Of a DNA stretch of 64,000 nt, positions 34,436 to 44,272 are shown one piece after another (position 1 is the stretch's first letter; every line of letters starts with the position of its first letter). The DNA is taken from contig CAWIPH010000002.1 in NCBI GenBank assembly GCA_963837955.1, forward strand, positions 4,896,001 through 4,960,000, written 5' to 3'. A program made the position numbers and the translations under genes. The notes beneath the pieces were generated by a model. The model was given only the letters and a program-made list of their open reading frames with translations. It did not search any database and was not told the DNA's origin. This DNA is from an uncultured Verrucomicrobiae bacterium. Lineage in GTDB: Bacteria > Verrucomicrobiota > Verrucomicrobiia > Chthoniobacterales > JAFAMB01.

Positions 34436-34545
34436 GGGAGGGCGCGCAGCCTGTCCGACATAGCCTTTCGGAGGCCCGGTGCAGAATGCTTGAGCGCGAC
34501 GTCGGATCCTCGCGCGCCGCGGATCGCGAGGACGCGATCCCTCCC
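34436..34545. repeat. REP pair (GGAG type), left copy interrupted by a second element
   Basis: Right copy GGATCGCGAGGACGCGATCCCTCCC; left copy GGGAGGGCGCGC...TCCTCGCGCGCC split by a TCCGAC...GTCGGA-bounded insert. Confidence 0.6.
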
Positions 34546-34548
34546 CCC

Positions 34549-35760
34549 TTATTTCCCGTAACGGCCGAAAGAATAGCCTCGGCTCGTCCGAAACCCTTTG
34601 ACCGGGCGGAGCGGCCTCTTTCCTTCGTCGAAAAGAGCTGTGTAGACATAATCAAACCCATCCAATCTCAGGCGCGGGACTTTTTGATTGATGAATCTTT
34701 CGATGTCGGTCATCGCCTTAAGTTCCTCGGCGGTAACCAAAGTAAACGCGTCTCCGGATTGTTCGGCGCGCCCGGTGCGGCCGATGCGGTGGACGTAATC
34801 TTCCGGGTGGAGCGGGATGTCGTAATTCATGACGTGGGTGACGCCGGCAATGTCCAGGCCACGCGCAGCGATATCGGTCGCCACCAGAACTTCGTATTTG
34901 CCGCTCTTAAAGCCCGCTAGCGCGGCCGTGCGTTCACTTTGCTTGCGATCCGAGTGCAAGACCGTGACCGAATGGTTGAGAGCCTTCAGACGATCGGAAA
35001 TTTCATCGGCTGCCTGTTTGGTTCGAGTGAACACTATCACGCTCTCGTAATGCGTCTGCTCCAGAAGTGAGACCAGCAGATCGAATTTTTGAGCGACCGC
35101 CACCGGATAAAATGCGTGGGTAACAGTTTCGGCCGCAGCCTGACGAACACCAATCTCGACAATCTCCGGATCCCGTAAAACCCACGAAGAGAGCGATTCG
35201 ATCTCCGGCGGGATCGTGGCAGAAAATAGGAGTGTCTGGCGGTCGGTTGGACAGAGTTTAACGATCCTTTTGACGTCGGGCAAAAATCCCATGTCGAGCA
35301 TGCGATCGACCTCATCTAGAACCAAGATCTCGATCTGACTCAGGCTAAGTAACCCTTGTTGTTGTAGATCGAGCAAGCGTCCGGGCGTAGCGACCACGAC
35401 ATCGACTCCAAATTTGATCAACTTCTTTTGGCGATCATAACCGACGCCACCGTAGACGACGCCAATCTCGATTTCAGTGAAGCGCGCGTAGTACTGAAAA
35501 GCGGTTTCAACCTGAACCGCTAGCTCGCGCGTAGGCTCGAGAATAAGGCACCGCGGACCCCTACGCTCCTTGAGCCGGGATAAGATTGGAAGAGCAAATG
35601 CAGCCGTCTTTCCCGTGCCGGTTTGGGCGGATCCGATCACGTCCCGGCCCTGCAGGATCAATGGAATGCAGCGCTCCTGAATCGGCGTGGGTTCGACAAA
35701 ACCCAAAGATTGCACCCCGTGTACCACCGCGTCCATCAATCCCATTTCTTGGAAACTCAT
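34549..35760 (-). CDS. DEAD-box RNA helicase (RhlE-like)
   Basis: PTPIQ, AQTGTGKT, PTRELA, DEVD, SAT, HRIGRTGR. Confidence 0.95.
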   Translation of the reverse strand: MSFQEMGLMDAVVHGVQSLGFVEPTPIQERCIPLILQGRDVIGSAQTGTGKTAAFALPILSRLKERRGPRCLILEPTRELAVQVETAFQYYARFTEIEIGVVYGGVGYDRQKKLIKFGVDVVVATPGRLLDLQQQGLLSLSQIEILVLDEVDRMLDMGFLPDVKRIVKLCPTDRQTLLFSATIPPEIESLSSWVLRDPEIVEIGVRQAAAETVTHAFYPVAVAQKFDLLVSLLEQTHYESVIVFTRTKQAADEISDRLKALNHSVTVLHSDRKQSERTAALAGFKSGKYEVLVATDIAARGLDIAGVTHVMNYDIPLHPEDYVHRIGRTGRAEQSGDAFTLVTAEELKAMTDIERFINQKVPRLRLDGFDYVYTALFDEGKRPLRPVKGFRTSRGYSFGRYGK

Positions 35761-35882
35761 TTTGACCTTGAATTAACGGGTATTCGCGACAAAGCGCAAA
35801 TGGCTTGCGTGACCCGGGGCCGGCCGATTCCCTTTCTCGGCAAAACTTTGCGTTCGGCGCGGTTTCAAAGTATGCGAAGTAA

Positions 35883-36311
35883 GTGACCAAAATAGTCTTG
35901 TTCATCTGCACCGGAAATTTCTACCGGAGCCGATTTGCGGAAGCTGTCTTTAACTATCACGCTTCGCAAACAGGCCTTCCTTGGAAGGCAATTTCTCGCG
36001 GGTTAGCCATTCATTGGGCTACTGGTCCACTCTCGCCTTACACCGCTGGCGCCCTTTCCGTCCGTCGCATTCCGTTCCACCATACCTCCCCAGACCGAAC
36101 GCAATTGAGTGAGAGTGATTTGAAGTCGGCCGACCTCCGGATTGTGATGGATCGCGCCGAGCATTTTGCAATGATGCAGGATCAATTTCCCCTTTGGACC
36201 GAGCAGGTCGAGTACTGGGAGGTACCGGATCTGCCGATTAACCAGCCCGAGGTAGCGTTCCCCGCGATCGAAGGAAAGGTACTAGAATTGCTTGATCGGC
36301 TTGGCAAATGA
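35883..36311 (+). CDS. Low-molecular-weight phosphatase family protein
   Basis: VLFICTGNFYRSRFAE P-loop. Confidence 0.85.
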   Translation: MTKIVLFICTGNFYRSRFAEAVFNYHASQTGLPWKAISRGLAIHWATGPLSPYTAGALSVRRIPFHHTSPDRTQLSESDLKSADLRIVMDRAEHFAMMQDQFPLWTEQVEYWEVPDLPINQPEVAFPAIEGKVLELLDRLGK

Positions 36312-37180
36312 CTGCGGTCCTCAACGTTGAGATCCCCCGCGCAAAGAAGATCCGGAGCGGGAAGGTCCGCGAGCTGTTCGCCGCCGGCGAAGACGTGGTC
36401 ATCGTCGCTACGGATCGAATTTCAGCCTTCGATTGCATCCTGCCCCAAGGCATTCCTGACAAAGGCAAAGTCTTGACCCAACTTTCTGCCTTCTGGTTCC
36501 GCTACTTCAGCGATGTGCCAAGTCATTTTCTCTCGATCGACCTGCGTGAGTTTCCAGCTCCATTTGCTGAGTTTCCCGAACTACTTGCCGGTCGCTCGAT
36601 GCTGGTAAAACAAGCGGAACCTTTGCCGGTGGAGTGTGTCGTGCGAGGTTATTTAGCCGGTTCAGCTTGGAAAGAATATAAGGAAAAGGGCACGGTGGGC
36701 GGAATCCCTCAGCCCGCCGGGCTGACATTGGCCTCGCCTTTTGATACACCCCTCTTTACTCCGGCCAGGAAAGCGGATTCCGGCCATGATGAGAATCTCA
36801 CTTGGAAAGAGTTTGAAGAATCCGTGGGATCCGATCGGGCTACCAAATTGAGGGACCTGAGTATTTCGTTGTATCAGAGAGGAAGTCAGTACGCCGGCAA
36901 GAGGGGAATCATCATCGCTGATACGAAGTTCGAGTTCGGTATTCGCCACGACCAGATTCTGCTTATCGACGAATGTCTGACTCCCGATTCCTCTCGGTTC
37001 TGGCCGGCTTCCAGTTATGAAGTGGGCTCGAATCCGCCGAGCTACGATAAACAATTTGTTCGGGATTTTTTGGAATCAGTTGACTGGGATAAGCGAGCTC
37101 CGGCGCCAAAACTCCCGCCCGAGGTCGTTGAAAAGACGGTGCAAAAATATCGCGATGCGTTGGAAAACCTTACGCGATAG
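36308..37180 (+). CDS. purC: SAICAR synthase
   Basis: SGKVRE, TDRISAFD, ECVVRGYLAGS, ADTKFEFG, TPDSSRFW. Confidence 0.97.
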   Translation: MTAVLNVEIPRAKKIRSGKVRELFAAGEDVVIVATDRISAFDCILPQGIPDKGKVLTQLSAFWFRYFSDVPSHFLSIDLREFPAPFAEFPELLAGRSMLVKQAEPLPVECVVRGYLAGSAWKEYKEKGTVGGIPQPAGLTLASPFDTPLFTPARKADSGHDENLTWKEFEESVGSDRATKLRDLSISLYQRGSQYAGKRGIIIADTKFEFGIRHDQILLIDECLTPDSSRFWPASSYEVGSNPPSYDKQFVRDFLESVDWDKRAPAPKLPPEVVEKTVQKYRDALENLTR

Positions 37181-37240
37181 GGAATAGCGACTTTGCTCGC
37201 GCCCTTTTTTGTGCACTAGTTCCACTTACAATTCCACAAG

Positions 37241-38149
37241 ATGTTAGACCTCGAACGCTACCTTTCAAAAAAAAGTGGCTTTGACCTGGGCAAGGTTCTG
37301 GTAAAGCCCAGCAAGACCGTTTCATTGGCCCAGGATTTCGATCCCGACTATACCGGAGATTTCAAGGAGAAGGACGAAGCCGAAGCAATACTGCAGAGCA
37401 ACATCGAATTATTGAGGGAACAACAAGACATCTTGTATGCCAGCACTACTCGGTCGCTCCTCATTATCCTTCAAGCGCTGGACGCTGCCGGAAAAGACAG
37501 CACGATCAATCACGTCATGTCGGGCGTGAATCCACAAGGGTGCCAGGTCTATAGCTTCAAAAGCCCGTCGTCGGAAGAGCTACGTCACGATTATCTCTGG
37601 CGAACCAATAAATGCCTACCCGAACGCGGACGCATCGGTATCTTCAACCGTTCCTATTACGAGGAAGTGCTCGTGGTGCGCGTGCATCCGGACCTTTTGC
37701 TCAAAGAAAACCTGTCGTCCAAGGATATCGGACCACATCTGTGGAAGCGCCGCTTCGAGGAGATCAACAACTTCGAACGATATATCACCAACAATGGAAT
37801 CGTTGTGTTGAAGTTCTTTCTTTATGTCTCTCGAAAAGAGCAGAAGAAGCGTTTTTTGAGGAGGATTGAGCAGAAGGAGAAGAATTGGAAATTCTCGGCT
37901 GCTGATATTCGCGAGCGACAGTTCTGGGACAGGTACATGATCGCTTACGAAGAAGCGTTTTCTAACACGAGCACCTCCTGGGCCCCCTGGTTCATCGTAC
38001 CGGCAGATCACAAATGGTTCACTCGTCTTTGCGTTTCTCAGATCATCGTAGCTACGCTCAAGGCGTTGGATCTCAAGTATCCGAAGCCAACCAAAGAACA
38101 GCTTGAGGAGCTCGAAAAAGCTAAACAAGAGCTTCTAAAAGAAGATTAA
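37241..38149 (+). CDS. ppk2: Polyphosphate kinase 2 family protein
   Basis: [32 protein letters not shown]. Confidence 0.93.
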   Translation: MLDLERYLSKKSGFDLGKVLVKPSKTVSLAQDFDPDYTGDFKEKDEAEAILQSNIELLREQQDILYASTTRSLLIILQALDAAGKDSTINHVMSGVNPQGCQVYSFKSPSSEELRHDYLWRTNKCLPERGRIGIFNRSYYEEVLVVRVHPDLLLKENLSSKDIGPHLWKRRFEEINNFERYITNNGIVVLKFFLYVSRKEQKKRFLRRIEQKEKNWKFSAADIRERQFWDRYMIAYEEAFSNTSTSWAPWFIVPADHKWFTRLCVSQIIVATLKALDLKYPKPTKEQLEELEKAKQELLKED

Positions 38150-39306
38150 TGGGATTTAAACTGCTTTCGACCGATTTGGTGACCCGAGCCCGAAGAGGTC
38201 AACTGCACACCCGGCACGGTGTCATTGAGACCCCGGTATTCATGCCGGTCGGCACTCAAGCGACGGTCAAGGCCACAACGCCCGCTGAACTCCGCGAAGT
38301 TGGGGCTCAGGTTATTCTCGGCAACACCTACCATCTTTTTCTACGCCCCGGACTGGAGATTATCCGCGATTTAGGCGGCCTACATCGCTTCATGAATTGG
38401 AATTTGCCGATTCTGACCGACAGCGGAGGGTTCCAAGTCTTTTCCCTCGCAAAATTGCGGCGTATTACCGAAGAGGGAGTTCACTTCAACAATCATCTCG
38501 ATGGTTCGCCCTGCTTCCTGAGCCCGGAGATCGCAATGCAAATACAGCTGACGCTCGGCTCCGACATCGCGATGGTATTTGACGAGTGTCCCCCTTACCC
38601 GTGCGAGCAGGAATATGCTTCGGCTAGCCTCGATCGGACGTTGCGCTGGGCTGAACGATGCCGGAACTGGATGAGCAAACAACCGGTTGGCCAACGTCCT
38701 CTGACGTTTGGTATCGTCCAGGGAGCTGTTTATCACGATCTTCGAGAACGTAGTGCACGCTCTTTAGTGGAGCTGGATTTTGATGGCTATGCCGTCGGCG
38801 GTGTCAGCGTTGGCGAGCCAGAAGAGGAAATGATGAGAGCGATCGATAATAGCGAGCGTTTTCTTCCGGCCCATAAGCCCCGCTACGCCATGGGACTAGG
38901 GACGCCTTCACAGATCGTCGAAATGGTCGCCCGAGGAATCGATATGTTCGACTGCGTCTTACCGACCCGCTTAGCCAGGAACGGCACCGCGTTTACCGCT
39001 CGCGGCACGATGAACCTGAAAAATAACCCCTATCGCGCCGATCCCCGACCTATCGAAGAGGGCTGCGGATGCTCCACCTGCCAGCTGTTCTCCAGGGCAT
39101 ACATCCGACACCTCATTAAGGCAGAAGAGATTTTGGGATTGCGTCTGATTACGATTCACAATCTCCATTTCTATATTCATCTGATGGCGCTAATCAGAGC
39201 GGCTCTGGAAGATGGTACGTTTGCCCAATTTCGCGAACAATTCGTCGCGAACTACGTTAAACACGAGCCGAAAACCTCTGAGGAAGAGTCCAGGTTAAGC
39301 GGTTGA
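38149..39306 (+). CDS. tgt: Queuine tRNA-guanine transglycosylase
   Basis: [31 protein letters not shown], CxCxxC zinc site. Confidence 0.97.
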   Translation: MGFKLLSTDLVTRARRGQLHTRHGVIETPVFMPVGTQATVKATTPAELREVGAQVILGNTYHLFLRPGLEIIRDLGGLHRFMNWNLPILTDSGGFQVFSLAKLRRITEEGVHFNNHLDGSPCFLSPEIAMQIQLTLGSDIAMVFDECPPYPCEQEYASASLDRTLRWAERCRNWMSKQPVGQRPLTFGIVQGAVYHDLRERSARSLVELDFDGYAVGGVSVGEPEEEMMRAIDNSERFLPAHKPRYAMGLGTPSQIVEMVARGIDMFDCVLPTRLARNGTAFTARGTMNLKNNPYRADPRPIEEGCGCSTCQLFSRAYIRHLIKAEEILGLRLITIHNLHFYIHLMALIRAALEDGTFAQFREQFVANYVKHEPKTSEEESRLSG

Positions 39307-39399
39307 TAACTGCGTAAAGATCGACTTCCGCAAAGCCGGCTTTTTTCAGAGCGATGCGAGTTTCCAGAACGTTGACCGTTAGGATAGATTCGGTCGCAC

Positions 39400-39873
39400 A
39401 TGAAATGGATATTGCTGCTCTCATTTCTTTTGTCTTCTTCCGGATCTTTAGTCGCCCAGGACGCTGGCAACGACGGCAAGATCATGCTCACGGTCATTCT
39501 CCGGCATGACCAGAGTAAGACGTTGGACGAAATTGATGATCACCTGGCCAAGACAGGTTTTATTAAGAATTTTCCGCCCGACGGCGTTGAGATCGTGTCT
39601 TACCGGATAGTAATGGGCATCGGGCACATCATTACGCTCCGGCTTCCGCCCGAGAAATTGCGCGAGGTAAACGTAGCCTTTGAGAAGGGTGCCTGGGGTG
39701 CGTTTCGAACCGAATTTTATCCCACTTACGACTATCTTCAGATCTTCAATGATCTGAAACAGAAGTCGCCGGCGCCGGAAAAGACTCCTAGCGAACAAAA
39801 GAGACCGTCTCCGGAAAACTCTCCGACTCCGACGGCAACGCCAAAACGATCGATCCACCACCGAAGTTCATAA
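39400..39873 (+). CDS. Exported hypothetical protein
   Basis: Signal peptide, compact alpha/beta core (FPPDGVEIVS...GIGH...TEFYPTYD), P/S/T-rich tail. Confidence 0.75.
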   Translation: MKWILLLSFLLSSSGSLVAQDAGNDGKIMLTVILRHDQSKTLDEIDDHLAKTGFIKNFPPDGVEIVSYRIVMGIGHIITLRLPPEKLREVNVAFEKGAWGAFRTEFYPTYDYLQIFNDLKQKSPAPEKTPSEQKRPSPENSPTPTATPKRSIHHRSS

Positions 39874-39966
39874 ACGAATCAATCTATTGACAACCAGGAC
39901 CTTCGAGCGGAGTCTCTGCATTCCGTCGAATGGTAAGGCGAGAAAAGGGTTCCTGTTAACTCACCT

Positions 39967-40182
39967 ATGTCCAGTCATCTCCTCGAAGAAGCATCGAAAG
40001 TAATTCCTAATACTGCAGTTCTGGTAAATCTAGTCTCCAAGAGGGTCCGTCAACTCACCAACGGGCAAAAGCCGATGGTTGAGGTCGGGCCGCGCATGTC
40101 GAACGCAGACATCGCGTTACAAGAAATTATTGAGGGAAGTCTGACATACGAGTACCTGACCGAAAATAACAGCGGCGGGTAA
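39967..40182 (+). CDS. rpoZ: RNA polymerase omega subunit
   Basis: LVNLVSKRVRQL...IALQEIIEG. Confidence 0.85.
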   Translation: MSSHLLEEASKVIPNTAVLVNLVSKRVRQLTNGQKPMVEVGPRMSNADIALQEIIEGSLTYEYLTENNSGG

Positions 40183-40206
40183 TCAGCTGTAAACAGCTCA
40201 GTGGCT

Positions 40207-40668
40207 ATGATCGCGGATATCGTCTCGAATCGACGAGCTTATCATAGCTACCAGATCTTGGAGAAACTGGAGGCAGGTCTCGTTCTCACCGGGACCGAGA
40301 TCAAGTCGATCCGAGCCGGATTAGCGAATCTCAACAATGCTTTCGCTCGCGTCGAAAAGGGAGGCGTCTACCTCCACGACTCCGATATTCAGCCGTACGT
40401 GCGCGCGAGCCATACCCAACATGACCCGAAGCGGCCTCGTAAGCTCCTCCTACACAAATCAGAGATTCAACGATTGTTTGAGGCGACCTCCGTCAAAGGT
40501 CAAACCCTGGTTGCGCTCCGTCTTTATTGGAAAGATCATCGAGTGAAGCTGGAACTCGGCATTGGGCGCGGAAAGACGCATGGCGATAAGCGAGAAGATC
40601 TCAAAGAAAAGGCCATTAAGCGGGAAGTCGGCCGGGCTGTTGATTCATTCAATCGCGAACGGGGGTAG
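40207..40668 (+). CDS. smpB: SsrA-binding protein
   Basis: NRRAYHSY, EAGLVLTGTEIKSIR, RKLLLHKSEI, GKTHGDKRE. Confidence 0.97.
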   Translation: MIADIVSNRRAYHSYQILEKLEAGLVLTGTEIKSIRAGLANLNNAFARVEKGGVYLHDSDIQPYVRASHTQHDPKRPRKLLLHKSEIQRLFEATSVKGQTLVALRLYWKDHRVKLELGIGRGKTHGDKREDLKEKAIKREVGRAVDSFNRERG

Positions 40669-40914
40669 AGGGGTGATACCTTGGTTGGTTGGACGTACAC
40701 GTCCTTGCTGGTAGACGCGGGCGTCAAGGTGGCGAGTTAAGCTCTGTTTGGCCATGCAGGTTGAGGGAAACTGTTGGGATGTGGCATCTCAACCGCCACC
40801 CAGGCAGAATTGGGTTGCTCACTCCCGGCCATTTTGTTAGGCACAAACGAAGGTCTTTTCGGCCCGATACCCACCCCGGCCGCGCTGACTTCATCACCCT
40901 CCCTCTCCCCCCTT

Positions 40915-41520
40915 ATGCCTACTCCATGGAAAGTGGCCGGATCCTACTTTGAGGCCTGTAACTGCGAGGTAGCCTGCCCGTGCGTATTTACGAGCCCGCC
41001 TACGAGCGGGGAATGCACTGTCTTGGTCGCCTGGCACATCGAACAAGGCCGCTTTGGAGAGATCGATCTGGACGGACTCAACGCCGTGCTTGCAGCCCAT
41101 TCCCCCGGCCACATGCTGGAGGGCAAATGGAAAGTCGCCTTGTATGTGGATGAACGGGCAAACCAAAGTCAGCAGGACGCCTTGACCCAAATCTTCTCCG
41201 GCCAGGCCGGCGGGCATTTGGCGAATCTGGCCCCGCTGATCGACCAAGTCCTTGGAGTGAAGGCCGCGCCGATTGAGTTCCGTTCAGAGGGAAAACAACG
41301 CAGCTTACATCTCGGCGACGTGGCCGTCGCGGAGATTGAAGGACTGTCTGGACAGAATGGTAGTGACGTGACGATCGCTAGCCATCCCTTTACCGCAGTT
41401 CCAGGCTTTCCAGCCGTCGTGGCGAAATCCAAACAAATGAGCTTCAGTGATTATGGCTTGAAGTGGGAGGTGTCGAACAAGAATGGATTCTTCTCGCCGT
41501 TCGCTTACCAGTCTGCGTGA
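40915..41520 (+). CDS. DUF1326-domain protein (Cys-rich, putative metal-binding)
   Basis: WKVAGSYFEACNCEVACPC, PTSGEC, YVDERA...IFSGQAGG. Confidence 0.85.
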   Translation: MPTPWKVAGSYFEACNCEVACPCVFTSPPTSGECTVLVAWHIEQGRFGEIDLDGLNAVLAAHSPGHMLEGKWKVALYVDERANQSQQDALTQIFSGQAGGHLANLAPLIDQVLGVKAAPIEFRSEGKQRSLHLGDVAVAEIEGLSGQNGSDVTIASHPFTAVPGFPAVVAKSKQMSFSDYGLKWEVSNKNGFFSPFAYQSA

Positions 41521-41596
41521 ACCGGCTCGTCCGCGAGTCAGATACAAGTGTTGAATTGTGTCATTGCGCGGATCTTCGTCTGAGATCCTGCTGGTG

Positions 41597-44170
41597 CTAT
41601 CGCGAATGCACCTGCTCCGCTGCCGCCTGCGCTGGGCCTTTCTGCGGCGCGCTCCTCTGCAAGTACGCAAAAGCCGGTACCATGTAGAAAAAGGTCGTAA
41701 GCAAACACCAAAAGACGCCGAGCGCACATACAGTTCCCAGACCGCTCAAAGCGGGATTCTCGGCTGGAATCAGAACAGCAAACCCGGCAAAAGTGGCCAG
41801 TCCGCAAATGAGAAGCGGCTTTAAGACGTTGACCAGATTCTCGCGAAGATCACCTTCTCGCCGGCTCACTACTAAGAACTGAATCCCGTAATCAACGCCA
41901 ATTGCGAGCACCAGCGGAAAAGCCAGGGCATTCAGCAAGTTCACGGATAGGTGCAGCAGCTTGAGCGAAGCAACTAATCCGAGCATCGAGAGAAAAAGCG
42001 CAGACGCGTGCACAAGCCAGAGAGACCATTTTCGATAGACGATCGCCAGCAGAACCAGAATAGCAACGCCAACGATGGTCGTAAATGCGACCAGCTCGCC
42101 CTGAGCCCAGGGTACCAAGTCAAAGACGGTGAATGACCATCCAGTGATTTTTGCCTGCGGATCGATCCGGTGAATCAAATCCGAAATGTGCTTTTGTTCC
42201 GCCGCCGTTTTGATCGGATGGGGCGGTTGCACGAAGCCAACGGCACGTGTCGGAGGATTGGAGAAGTAGTGCTCGACTAGAAACCACCAACTGGACTTCG
42301 GCGGGAAAAGTGTGTCCCAGGCGGGAAGACCGGTCGCGTCCTTCTGCTGGTTGAGCGATTGCAACAGCGTGAAAGCATTCTGAAACGCGGCTAAATCATA
42401 TCCATTCTGGTCCAGGACAGACTTTAAATTTGCCTCAATTTGCGGAAAATCGAGGCTCCTCAAATACGCTCGATTTTCTGCAAACCGCTTAGGCGAAAAA
42501 GCTAACATCGAAAGTGTGCTCACAGATTTGAGCTCTCCGTCAGCCTGCGCTTTTTCCAATCCTTGGTTGAGGCGCTCGCAGCGTTCATGGAATACTTCGG
42601 GATCGCTGGAATCCACCAGGACGGTGACTGGATCGGACTCCTGATGCAATTTGTCCGCCATCTCCTGCAAAGCGATCGATGCGGGAATTTGCTTCGGTTG
42701 CAGGGAGCGCGGATTCGTGTCGAAAGTCAGCGGAATACTGGGCAAAACCGCGACGATGGCGGCCCCCAACAGGACCGCGGCCGAGACCCAAAGAACCGGA
42801 CGCGGTTCGCGGAACATCGCGTTCACAAACCGGTCCGCCCCAATCAAAATAAAGTCCGGTTTCGTGGCCGGTTTTACCGGCTTAAAGAACATGAAAAGGA
42901 ACAGGACCATGAAAAGACCGGCTGCGGCAACGCCTAGAGCGACAAGGACGCCGAGCTGCGCAAATCCCGAGCTCTTACTAAAACCGAGCACCAGAAATCC
43001 GATGGCCGTAGTCACTACGACATAAAAAACCGCGGCGCCAATGTCACGGACCGCAACAAAGACTGCCCGCGCGTGGTCATCTCCGGTCCGGCGTGCCTGC
43101 AAGTATCGACCGAACAACAGCAGACTAAAATCGACTCCCAGTCCGACCAAGATCGAACAGAAACCGATCGCTACCATATTGAGATCTCGGAAAATCAGCA
43201 TCCCCAGTGCAAGCGAAACCAGCGCGGACAACCCGAGAATCAAAACGATCCCAAGAAGGGGCAAAAATCGGCGAAATGCCAAAAAGAAAAGGGCACTCAC
43301 GATCAGGATCGACAATGTGGAACTCAGCATCCCATCCCGGTCCATGCTCCGGGATATTTGAGCGACAAACGGAGTTCGTCCGGTGACCATCACCCGCGGT
43401 TTGTAGCCATCCCACTCCCGCAAAACCTTGTCGCGGAACGCGTTGAGTTGATCCATGACATCCTGGCATTCCTTCGTGCCAAGCCCAGGTTGATTCGTGG
43501 TCGCAAAAGCAAGCTGCATTAAGCCATCGGAAGAACCAAGCGAGAAACTGCTGCCGCTGCTCGTCAGCGAGCTTGAAGACGCGAAGGGTTTCATCGCGCG
43601 AGTAAGCAAGCCCAGCGGATCCAATGTCACTTCCATCTGGGATCGAAACGACATAGCGTCGTTCAACTTGGCTCGGATACTGGTAAGCCGTTCCTCGATG
43701 GCCGACGGCTGCAACAAAGTCATCGCCTCACGGAAATCTTCGGGCGGTAAGTTCAACAGCAACAGCGGACCGACGCCCTGCAGCTGATTCAGACCCTCAT
43801 CGGTCTCGACCGGTATCTGATCGAACGTGCGCACAATCCAGGGCTGTTTCTGCAGCTCAGAAATGAAGTGGTCTCGGAAAAGGCCGAGATCGTCTGCATG
43901 CCCTTCATCTGCCAGAAAAACAAAAACGAGTTGCCGCGCCTGAGAAAACTCATTGTTATACTCTTTGAGGCCGGCGACCGATTCGAACTGAGCTGGTAGG
44001 AGGTCCAGCACCTCAGAGTCCAGGTTGTGGCGATTCAGGATAATTAGAAGGGCGAGCCCCACGATTACTGCGGCCACCGCGATTAATGTCTTAGTCCGAT
44101 GAGCTACGGTTCTGGCCAAGAACTCGGTAAGTGCGGTGGTCAATCTGGATTGGGGCGGTCTGGGATTCAT
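41597..44170 (-). CDS. MMPL/RND-family transporter (HpnN-like)
   Basis: Two TM bundles with GLGVDF and AIGVDY motifs and two periplasmic loops. Confidence 0.88.
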   Translation of the reverse strand: MNPRPPQSRLTTALTEFLARTVAHRTKTLIAVAAVIVGLALLIILNRHNLDSEVLDLLPAQFESVAGLKEYNNEFSQARQLVFVFLADEGHADDLGLFRDHFISELQKQPWIVRTFDQIPVETDEGLNQLQGVGPLLLLNLPPEDFREAMTLLQPSAIEERLTSIRAKLNDAMSFRSQMEVTLDPLGLLTRAMKPFASSSSLTSSGSSFSLGSSDGLMQLAFATTNQPGLGTKECQDVMDQLNAFRDKVLREWDGYKPRVMVTGRTPFVAQISRSMDRDGMLSSTLSILIVSALFFLAFRRFLPLLGIVLILGLSALVSLALGMLIFRDLNMVAIGFCSILVGLGVDFSLLLFGRYLQARRTGDDHARAVFVAVRDIGAAVFYVVVTTAIGFLVLGFSKSSGFAQLGVLVALGVAAAGLFMVLFLFMFFKPVKPATKPDFILIGADRFVNAMFREPRPVLWVSAAVLLGAAIVAVLPSIPLTFDTNPRSLQPKQIPASIALQEMADKLHQESDPVTVLVDSSDPEVFHERCERLNQGLEKAQADGELKSVSTLSMLAFSPKRFAENRAYLRSLDFPQIEANLKSVLDQNGYDLAAFQNAFTLLQSLNQQKDATGLPAWDTLFPPKSSWWFLVEHYFSNPPTRAVGFVQPPHPIKTAAEQKHISDLIHRIDPQAKITGWSFTVFDLVPWAQGELVAFTTIVGVAILVLLAIVYRKWSLWLVHASALFLSMLGLVASLKLLHLSVNLLNALAFPLVLAIGVDYGIQFLVVSRREGDLRENLVNVLKPLLICGLATFAGFAVLIPAENPALSGLGTVCALGVFWCLLTTFFYMVPAFAYLQRSAPQKGPAQAAAEQVHSR

Positions 44171-44272
44171 TTAGAAGACTTTGGGGCGAGTGCTGAAGAA
44201 CTACGTTATCGGACCGTGACGTGCAACCTCGCTGCCCGCTTCGTCCGCCGAGACCAGGTTGAGACTGGCCAG

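Noticed and set aside
40669..40914. tmRNA downstream of smpB
   Set aside because: No tRNA-like ends or tag reading frame were recognised.
40915..41520. DUF1326 as part of a DUF1326-DUF2182 system
   Set aside because: The usual membrane partner is not adjacent, so no system can be supported here.
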